Positions 11,685 through 25,166 of a DNA stretch of 64,000 nt are shown here, piece after piece; within the stretch, counting starts at the first letter, position 1, and each line of letters begins with the position of its first letter. This DNA comes from Ramazzottius varieornatus (taxonomy: Eukaryota > Animalia > Tardigrada): contig BDGG01000016.1 in the NCBI GenBank assembly GCA_001949185.1, positions 961,432 to 1,025,431 on the forward strand, given 5' to 3'. A model generated the notes under the pieces. The model was not told where the DNA came from, made no database searches, and was given only the letters and a program-made list of their open reading frames with translations. Both the position numbers and the translations under genes were made by a program.

Positions 11685-13589
11685 TCAGTATTCCATGATA
11701 AGCGGAAAGCCCGACAAGCCTACCTGTCGAGAATCATCGGGGCAGAACTCAATCCTGGCCACCCTCTGGATCTCCGACAGCTCCGTCTGGCTTTCCGTCA
11801 TTTGGTCCTTCCTCGCTTCCGCGGTCTTCTTCTGGTGCAGCCTTAACATCACCCCACCGATATCCACCGGCGCCGCTTTGATGCCCACCGGCAGACTATT
11901 CCTGACTGAGTCTTGCCATATGCGGTCCGAGGCTCTGTAATTGATCGGGTACGACGTTCGTTCCCTCCTCTGCGTGGAATTGTAACCACTCTCCGGCTGG
12001 CTCAAGTCATCCATAGATTTTGACGGTCTCAACTCGTCAAACTTCCGGCCGTTCGAAGCGGACCTTGTCAGCTGCATACACGCCATATCTAACAGCCTTT
12101 CGGTCGTCAAAACTTGACCAGTACTCGCTTGATACATCCGACAAGACTGGCAGGAAGAATCATTGTTAGACATATTCGAAATATTGTTTAAGCGAATTAT
12201 TTCTTGTTCCAGTTCTTCGATTCTCAGCATCAGCGTCGTGACGCTCTGTTCCGCGGCGTAGGATGATTCGACCGTGAAGGGTTGCCCACAGAGTGTAGCG
12301 GTGGAAGAAGTGGAGAGTTGGACGGCGAGAGCGGAAGGGACTCGGCCGGTTTCGGCAATGTTGGTCAGGTAGTTGCGCGAATCGGACTTGTCGGCGGAAG
12401 AGACTGTCATAGAGCCGGAGCGTTCGGTGATGAGATCGAGGATACGCCAGAGCCGAAGGAGGATGATAAGCTGGGAGACCTGGCGACCGAGAGTGAAGCC
12501 GCCTTGGAGGACGGTCAGGTTGATAGCGAAGGAGGTGATGGTCAGGAAGAAGTCGAAGAGATCCCAGTAGTGGCGCCATAATCGCTTCCCCCGGATGAAC
12601 AGACGCAGCACCACCTATAAAGATAACGTTGCAGTGCGCCACTAAACCGAAGTCGTTCGAATTTCGATCGTAAATGAAAAACTTACCTCTATCACGAGAA
12701 TAACGAAGATGAACGTGGTTGTGTATTGTAGTGGCCGACTTAGGTTGTCTTCTACAAAAGAGAAAAATCCGTCCATTCAATCACACGATAAGCTGCGAGA
12801 AAAACCTATCGCCTTTTATGAAGTCGGGCGAAAACCCTAAAGCGTGGTCTCTACTCGATCATTTTTCTGCTTAGCGTTCGTTCATATTCAAATGCATGTT
12901 TAACAGTCGGGGGTGAGAGACCACAAAAGTCTGCTTTGTACAAAACAGCCTTCATAGTTCATATGGAATGCATAGCTGTCGTGCGCTGTTGAAGCACAGC
13001 CACGCGCTTCGTCACGGTCAACTTGCGCACCAACAACAAAGCGTTGACATCAAGGTGGTCAACAGTCATTCATTACGATTGTACTCTCTTCAGTGATGGC
13101 GCTTGTTTATATAAGACCGCTCTGCAGTCAATTAAACGCATAATGATGCACGTACCAATATTAGTCAGGGTGGACGTTGGACATCGGACGGAAGCGGTCG
13201 CCGTTGCATTGGACTTTGCATACGTCGTGCCGTTGTTGTTATTGCACAGATTGTCCAAAGGAGAAAGCAACTCTGGAAAAAGCACGGAAAGTCAACATGA
13301 ATACCGGCTTAACGAACATTCAAGCGCGTCTTTAACTTGGCGCGCTTCTTTTCTTACCTTGAAGGGTGATATAAAGGAGGAGAAGTAGGAAAACAAGCAG
13401 TCCTTGAGCGATGATAAGAGCTACCGTGGCCAGCGTTGCGCAAGTACTGTGCAGTACGGGTGTCAGCCATTGACGAAATCTGTAATTATTGACATTACAC
13501 CCCAAATCCATTGTACGGCCTCTCTTTTTCCATACAGTCCCCCAGGTATAATTAGACAATTGTGTCAAAAGCAATGCGTAGTGCGCCAT
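11685..13589 (-). CDS. Voltage-sensor-domain-only protein, Hv1/TMEM266-like, with C-terminal coiled coil
   Basis: S1 LHSTCATLATVALIIAQGLLVFLLLLLY; S2 (exon 12687-12751) LQYTTTFIFVILVIE|VVLRLFIRG; S3 WDLFDFFLTITSF; S4 LIILLRLWRILDLI; coiled coil TTLMLRIEELEQEIIRL; start codon uncertain. Confidence 0.8.
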
Positions 13590-14698
13590 TCAGAAGACAT
13601 AATCGCAGCGTGGGAAAAAATCACGAAAAATTTTCTCTCAACAAAAAGACACACAACGAACCAAGCTGTCCATTTGGTACCTGGGCAAAAAATGATACAA
13701 CAGAGCTCCAGCATAATTTTCTCCGAAAGCCATTAATATCAATTACGCTTCAACAGAAGACTTCGATGTAAATGCATTCCGAGAAGAAGCTTTCTCAACG
13801 GGCGTCTTTGCATTTTTCAATCAGACTAAAACGATTGACTTTTCACTCTACAGCAAAAACAACTGTAAGCTAAGGCAGAGTAGAGACGCTCTTCAGCCGT
13901 CTTTCGAATGAAAAACCTGATCAAAGAGAGGTGCGATACTCTTCAGGTACGGCTGGATCAGCTCCAGCGAGTCTCGCATCTACCAATTTTAAAGTCGATC
14001 GATCTCGTGGATGAATGCTCTAGCTGTAAAGCGTGGCTCACTACAGTGCGTTACTCTAAAGGGTGGTCGACATTTTGCAGTGCACCTGTGAGGTATTAGG
14101 TAGAGAAGGAAGAGTTACAGTTGCGTCACGCAGCAGCAATCAACAGGAGCCTGGACGCGCGAACGTGCCACGGCCCCATTATGGCGCGCAACTGGACGGA
14201 ACAGCCATTCCCCTGGCACACCGTCTACACCTCGCACGTACTTCAAGCCTGTATTTTAATATCGATCAATATTCTTCCCTGTCAATATCCGTTGGGACTG
14301 AGCTTCCTTTCAGCTGTAACATAATCGTGCCTGTACCGTAAAATATCAAAACAACCCACACGCATGCGACACATGCCTTTGACTCCCTCCCAAACTTAAA
14401 TGCGGTCGTCCTTCTTCCCTACAGCAGGACCAATATGGCTTCCCTGAAGACTAAAATTAAGGTCGATGACGGTGAAACACGATCGATATTGTAACCTGGA
14501 TAATCTCACTAATCATAACCACTGTTATCGTCGGCAAACTTAGCCGGTGGAGTGTACGGTTGACACAGTTTCCATCCAAGCGGGCTAACTGACTTCCGGT
14601 GCGAAGGGAATCTATCCACACCAGCTACTTCCGGTCAAGAGTACCCTTTCTCGATGCTTGCACACCAAGTGAGAGAGACCATGGTGTAAAAGTAAAAC

Positions 14699-14896
14699 GG
14701 GAGCTCGGCAAAGCAAACTGGACAAGATCGTTGCTCCAAGTGGCGCACGCGGTCAGGCAGCAACACTGGAAGAGTGCGCCAGTTGGAGTAAAACTCGACA
14801 GGATCGTTTCTCGAAGTGGCCCACAATTTCAACCAAAAAAGCTGATACCGTCCGCCGCTCGAAAAATCAACCTCGTCAAGTTTGTTGGCCAAGCTC
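14699..14896. mobile_element. Palindromic element, 2-hairpin array (intergenic)
   Basis: GGGAGCTCGGCAAAGCAAACTGGACAAGATCG...AAGTGGCGCACG...GTGCGCCAGTT. Confidence 0.85.
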
Positions 14897-16159
14897 TCAA
14901 ATACAGAATTGACTTGCTTACCGAAAGGAGGCTTTCCAGCACTTGCGGAAGAGCGAGCGGTAGAGAGGTCGAGCCGACGGGAACTTTTGCTGCAGGTTAT
15001 TGGGGATGGGTGCCGGAACGAAGATAGAGATGTATCGTTGGGCATCTTGCTTCCAGTTGGCGGTATTTTCCATCTTGATACGGCCCGACCTCATCGGAGA
15101 AGACTGCTGCGCATCCAAGCCCGTCCACTACCCAGCACCAGAAACTACTTCCTTGTTGGGTCGTTCTTTATTCCAGCTTTGGCTTTTGGAACCCAACCCT
15201 AGGTCATGGACAAACTACAAAGAAAAATAAAGCGCGTTAGTCAAAGCAAGCTCTGAGCTCAACTCAAGATTATACCAAGATCAAAACCCAGTGTTGGGTC
15301 TGTTACAAAAGTGATGCGTGCATCCGGGCCATAGGCGTATTCTCAGAGAGTCTTTGTAGTAGAATTATACGCAGCAGCGCGCAACAGGTATGCACGATCG
15401 CGACGCTCAGTGGACAAAAAATCAAAACCGGTATGCATATAGCTTTTTACCCTTTGTCAGACGCGGGAGAAAAAACAAGACAGCGCGCTAAGACTCTAAG
15501 AGTCCGCCAAAGAAAGAAAAGGTACGAGATGCATTTCAACCTACTGAACAACACGACGCATAACGGACCTTCCATATCAAAACACCGTACAATAAGAGCA
15601 CGTTCAAGTTCTTGCAGGTTCATTTGGTATGAAGCTCAAGGTAGAATATTCAGTATACTGTTAAAATGGAGTAACGAGAAAGTCTGACAGTGCAGTAAGG
15701 AAAATAAGGAAGGAGGCTTGAGGTTTTGATGATGATGAGAGTGTTAAATGTGACAGATGTCTTGTTTGTTTTTAATCAACGGACTGAAAGACGCCGATTC
15801 AATTTCACCTGGTTGCAAAGTGTCAGCGACAGTCCGTTATGCAAAACAGGTATCGAAGCTCAAGAGAGAGAGTAAAGCTGCCGAATAACTCTCGAGCTTG
15901 ATGTCAGATCTACGAGGAGCCACTCATCTACACACGCAGCCATTGGACAGCCAGAAGTGCCAAGTAGCCATCGGCTCATAATACCACATAGCTCTGTGAT
16001 AATACAGTTCCCAAGAGCTGACGAACACTTGAAAGGACCGCACCGAATCTAGTTCACTTCGGTGCTCACCTTGTGCGTTCGAAGTGGAGAACGTTCCACT
16101 GAGGTCCGAGTCTGTATTGATCGAAGTTTCTTCCAGAAAGTTGACTACAGGAACTCAAT

Positions 16160-16358
16160 GGAGTTCGGCCAACCATCTCCACCAGATCGTTTTCGCGAGT
16201 GGCGCACGCTAACAGCCAGTATTACTGAAAGCGTGCGCCGCTTGAGAAAACATTCAGCGTCGACGAGTTTTTTCCAAGTGGTGCAGGCTTCCAGGCATTA
16301 TCACTGGAAACGTGCGCCGCTTGGAAGAACGGCCCCTTCAAACTGTTCGCCTAGCTTC
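16160..16358. mobile_element. Palindromic element, 2-hairpin array (intergenic)
   Basis: Two cores with shared outer arms. Confidence 0.8.
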
Positions 16359-17630
16359 CATGGTGTCTTCACTATCCAAAGATTTGCTAGATAGTTCAAT
16401 ATATGTCAAAAGTAGAATAATTGACCAGGAAGTAGATGACGCTCAAAGCATACCTCGGTAATTTTATATGATCAAATTTTATATGATTATACTCAGGAGA
16501 GAAAGGTTAGTCGAAAATTCATTGTATTCTGACATTAAAGTAAAATTAATGATGTTTTATTGTCCGAAGATTAAGTCGACAACAAAGACAAATATGGTGA
16601 TTAAGTTGGAAGGCCGTCGACTCTTACATCACAGATGTAAATATATTCTGCATACGTTACACACGCCTGACTGACCGCTGTCAATGTCAAGCCTGTCTTT
16701 TAATAAGCTCGCTTTCGCCACGCTTTAGCAAGCTGGCAAAATCTGCCGGTAGTTCCAGACTTTATTTGTTTTACGAGCATCAAGTAATTATTCAAGTTTG
16801 ACAACTAATGACGGGCAAGTGCTCAGCGTTTGTTCAAACACCATCAGTGATCACGTGAACGTCAAAAACAATGACATTATTACAACTACTGTTGCGCTAC
16901 AACATCATCATCAAGGTGGGTACACAAGTACGCTTACTTACTTCGTACAGGTTCATCTCCGAGGCTCATCTTCGACCTTGGATCCGTAACAGACTTTTCC
17001 ATGGATCAGTGAGGCATCTGCAACAGATCAAGAACAAGCGTTACATAACAGGCTTGGTCGGAAATAAATATAGTACCACATTCTTTCCTGCAGACCCAAG
17101 GGATACCTTCACATACTGCACTTTGGAGAAAGCTACAAATCCAGAAGCTGAAGCTCATGAAATTCTACTGCCAAATCCTGAAATAGCTGATGAGCGAAAT
17201 CTGACCCTAAAACTGTAATACATCCTCATGCGCTCACGCTGTACATGTACGGGAGAAAAGCAGCAAACTGAACTTTGACTAGAGACTCGTTTTTATGGCC
17301 AGCACAGAATAAAGTTTGCTGCTCTTTGTAATGAGGAATATGTTTTGATAGAAGATCCGAGCGGACACCAAACTTTTATGAGGTAAACTTTACATGGAAG
17401 TAAACAAGGCCCATTAGTCCATTACCATTAGCGTACTGACACGAGACGACAGCACAATGGATGACATGGAATTGTTTTCCCATGACGAGGAAGGCGAGCA
17501 GGTCTCACCGGACGAAACGCAGAACACATCCGCGCGGAAGTGCTGTCTGTCTTTCACTTTATCTTACCTACAGTTTTTGTGATGGCTGACGGGTCGAACC
17601 GGCAGGATTTGGGATGTCTGTGAGAGATTC

Positions 17631-19081
17631 ATGGCCCTCATTCACTCTTGTTGCTGGTGGAACAATGTGAGTATCAAAACGTCCCTTTGTGGGGAAAAAT
17701 TTTTTTAAACATTACCCCTTTCTAACTGAACCCAAACATGGTTCATCGATAGGTCACTTATGGAAGTTATGGAAGCGCGGTTTACAGTTTTGTAAGTCGA
17801 GGAATATTATTCTGGCGCTTTGCTACAATACTGCTTCGCAACGTTCTTGTTTCAGCTATTGGGAACCATTTTCACCATCCTCGTGGTCTACGACGTTCAA
17901 CCCTTCCACTTCTTCGGCCACATGAGAGGTACAGTCTTCAACCTCCACGCTTTAGAAATCTACTCTATGATTTTTGGTGGAAATATAGCATTGCAGGGGA
18001 GAATTACGCTGCGGTTGTGGTGGGAAGCTACCTACAGGTCGCTTCTGGTCTAACCCTATGCTTGACCGCGTGCACCCTTGCAATGGGAGTCTTTCACGCT
18101 ATTCGGCAACTGTTACTCCCATGGATCATCAGTATGTTCTTGTTTACCTTGGTGCTATTTGCGGGGAACTTACGTCTACTGGTCCGCGAAGTTCCCGGCT
18201 CCGCTGACAGAAGCGGGGCGGATGCGCTGGTCATCCTTGTATCAATGGTCTTCTGCGTACTCAATGTAAGGTCCAAGCTTCCCTCACTGAATTTATTCGT
18301 TCGATCAGAACGTGAAATGTCCGCCGAATTTTAAGGCTTACGGAGAACTCTGCGTAATCTCTCTCTACCAAAATCTGTGCATGGATCCCTCTCGTGGAAC
18401 CAAGGACGTCTTACCGGAGAAGGTACGTTTTCAACTACCCAGTTTCCCTCTGTGTCCTGTTGAAAACGTTTTTCTTCGCCGTGCCGCTTGTTTGTTGATC
18501 TATACTGTAACAGGCTTTTAATCGTGAGTCACTTTAGCTGAAGCTCGGCCTCGGCAAATGAACCTGCCCAGTTCGTTTTCCCAAGTGGCGCACGCTCGCG
18601 GCTTTTTACGATGAGATCGTGCGCCACTTGAAACAGCGACCTGAATGAAATCATTTCGCCGACGTCTTAGGTACCTATTGAAAGTTCGGTTTTTCATGTT
18701 CACTTACAGGCATCCGTCAGCTACTTCCGGCGAGGCAGCTACGACACGAACGATGCGTGGAACCAGCACGCTATCATCGTAGCGGAAGCCGGAGGTCCTT
18801 CCACCAACTCCATCCAGATACTCGCCCATGCCGCCAGGGAAAGCATGAAAGTCAAGACGGCAGTCATACCTCCACCTCCGCTTCCGCCTTCCACCAGCAC
18901 CGACAAACCCCAGAGTCCTCCTCAGTACGCCTCGACTTCCAAACAAGCCTTGTCCAAGCTCATCCCAGCTGCTCCAAGAATGGTCAATTTATTCAATACA
19001 GTCAAGCAATTTCGAGTACAGCAGCCGGAGCAAATCGTCCCGAGTACCCAAGACAAGTTTATTCAAGTCAACCGCGTCTAA
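17631..19081 (+). CDS. Uncharacterised invertebrate 4-TM membrane protein (LAPTM-like / DUF4728-type)
   Basis: Spliced MALIHSCCWWNN|VTYGSYGSAVYSF|LLGTIFTILVV...RQLLLPWII...VLN|AYGELCVISLYQ and a proline-rich tail; N-terminal CC, LLPW and CVxSxYQ pattern. Confidence 0.75.
18541..18666. mobile_element. Palindromic element, 4-TM gene intron
   Basis: CCCAAGTGGCGCACG...CGTGCGCCACTTG. Confidence 0.85.
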
Positions 19082-19214
19082 AAACATTGTACCACCAAAA
19101 TGTACCTGAGTGTGACAGCCGCTTTATCCCTGACGAAGTCAGCTCTGGAAAGACATGCGATGTATTTTTTGAACTAGAAGCCTAAAAACAAAATATGATG
19201 TAATTATTGAAATG

Positions 19215-19340
19215 GCAGTTCGGCAACAATCTCCACAAGAACGTTTTTCCAAGTGGCGCACGCATCCAGCCACTAAGACCAGAAACCTGCGCCTTTTGAG
19301 GAAAACAGACTTGTCAAGTTTGTTCACGGTTCACCGAGCT
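19215..19340. mobile_element. Palindromic element between convergent 3' ends
   Basis: Core plus arms. Confidence 0.8.
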
Positions 19341-19384
19341 TTCAAATACTGCAAAAGGAACTAAAAACCCAGTGGAAGCACGTA

Positions 19385-20414
19385 CTAGCTTTTTCTTCTG
19401 TCTTCGAAAAACGCTATTATGCTTTGCTTGAGTTGGGAGTCGGAGCGGATGTCGGCGTAGTGGCAATGGACACCTGTGAACGGATCGAAGAGTCGTCGAC
19501 CCAGCTCGCGTTGGACAAGTTCGTGGGTTCTGATCGAGCTCATGTCAACCGTATGGCCTGAAGGGAGAATCACCGGGTCGGACATGACTTCATATGTCAA
19601 CTCATCCAAAAACCCTTCCGGGATTTCTCTGGTGTGCGTCTCCCCGGCCACCTCAGAAGACGCAGGTTCGCGGAACCGAAGTCTTTTATGGTCTTGGCTT
19701 CCTTCTTCCTCTGCTACTCGCTTCTTTTCGTTCTCAGCAACGGGTTTCGGTATTCTTTGCAGGAAAGACTGTATAGCGCCTTTTCCAATTTTCGGACTGG
19801 GTTGTCCGTAAACCCGCAAGTTTCTCAGTGCGACAGCAGAGCTAACGTCCGTTCTGCAACATAACACGGATGACTTTGGTAATCGTGAGTTTGCGATAAG
19901 ATCCACAACAAAATCACCTGTTGATTGTCAGGATAATTTCAGTGACTTCTCCCAACGCAGTGTTCCGCGAAAGCATAAAATTCGTTGACTCCTGCTTCTC
20001 AATGACTTCGGCTTCATCGGTCGAGGGCACGGACGGGAAGAAGATGCGATTTGGACGGAAGTTTGCCGAGCCATCGAGAACAACTTCGGTAATGCGACGA
20101 TCCCAGCTGCCTCGCCAAACCTGAATCAGTTTGTCAGGCTGGCTGTGCGTTCGGACGGAGAGAGTGGCAGCTGTGGAACACTGCTTCCCGATCCTTGGAC
20201 AGAACGAGATCTTTTGTATTTGAACGACGGAGGGAGATGAAAAGGAGATTCTCAGATTGACAGGAGGTTTGATGAAGTAAGCAGCCAGGAAGCCAGCTTG
20301 CGACCTGTCAGCGTCTTTGCGAGCCATCTGTGGCTCGTGTCCAGCTTGAGCAGGGGAATCCGACGAGGTGGTAGTTTCAAAGAGGCTTGACAAATCCAGC
20401 ATTTCGAAAACCAT
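19385..20414 (-). CDS. UBOX5: U-box domain protein 5 / RING finger protein 37 homologue
   Basis: N-terminal GFLAAYFIKPPVNLRISF motif and U-box IPEGFLDELTYEVMSDPVILPSGHTVD...DPFTG; one short intron near 19860-19917. Confidence 0.88.
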
Positions 20415-20647
20415 GATGAAGGAACGTCGGGAAACGAACGTTAGATTTGGGACGCGGAACAAGATAACGAACCAGATTTGCTGCTCGATGAATCAAAGGT
20501 TTTGCACTGAACGTTAGGCAGCGTCGCGAAAATTGGAATTGTTCGATGTACGGTCTATCGCAAAGTCTCAAGTGATCGCTATCTGAATCTTAAATTTTTT
20601 GTACAAGTTCCTCTGCTTCCGCAAGTTCTTGAGCTCCCTTCAGCAGG

Positions 20648-24465
<3,818 letters not shown>

Positions 24466-24933
24466 ATAGTAACTGTTTCTGGTCTGGCAAGCCAGGCAAG
24501 GTGAAATCCTGAGAGGTTTCTTTCTGTGATACGGTTATTTTGCGTTTTGTACAGTTTCGCTTGCGGATGAGTGATAGAATGGGTGAACTCGTACTTAGCG
24601 TGTAGCCTGGTGAGAAGTCCTGAAGGCTCAAACAAGGGAACTTCCGTTTGACTTAATCGGGGTCTTCCGTTTTGAAATCTCAATACAATTGCCGTGTGGG
24701 CGCATGAGACAGGAGGAGCCAAGCTGGATCTGATTTCCGTGGCGGAATACCTGTGCACTTACCAAGTTCCTTTTGCATCAAGCAATCCAAGGTTTCGTTC
24801 CGGTCTGACGGTGCCGCCATAAACTTGCGCATGCGTCGGAATTTCCCAGACTGCACTAAAGTGGGAGGTGGCTTGCGTTATTATTGGCCTGTTGTCAGAC
24901 TCGGTTGAGCTTATCCCGTTTTAACCGTGTGCG

Positions 24934-24980
24934 CCACGTGGTCGCAGCGCTGTAAATATCGAGATAGTAACCACGTGGTC
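24934..24980. promoter_or_regulatory. Two copies of CCACGTGGTC (palindromic E-box/G-box core) upstream of the hemerythrin-like gene
   Basis: 10-mers at 24934-24943 and 24971-24980, about 190-230 bp before the ATG; function is inferred. Confidence 0.4.
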
Positions 24981-25166
24981 ATCTGTGAAAATTTTCAACA
25001 GGCAGATTAATCTTTGACTCATGCAGCTGCGGGAAGCCGGTTCTTCGACTTTGTTCACTTCGCTGGCTTCAGTTGTCTGATTTTCTTGTTTTCTTCTGCC
25101 TCAGATTATCCGTCAGCCTTTTGACTTCTTGCTTGATCAACCCCGAATACTTGCAAATACATCAAG

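Noticed and set aside
14599-16394. ORFs containing 'KWRT', 'SGAR', 'QVAH' or 'VRHL' peptides here and throughout the ORF track
   Set aside because: These peptides are translations of the palindromic repeat core, not a protein family.
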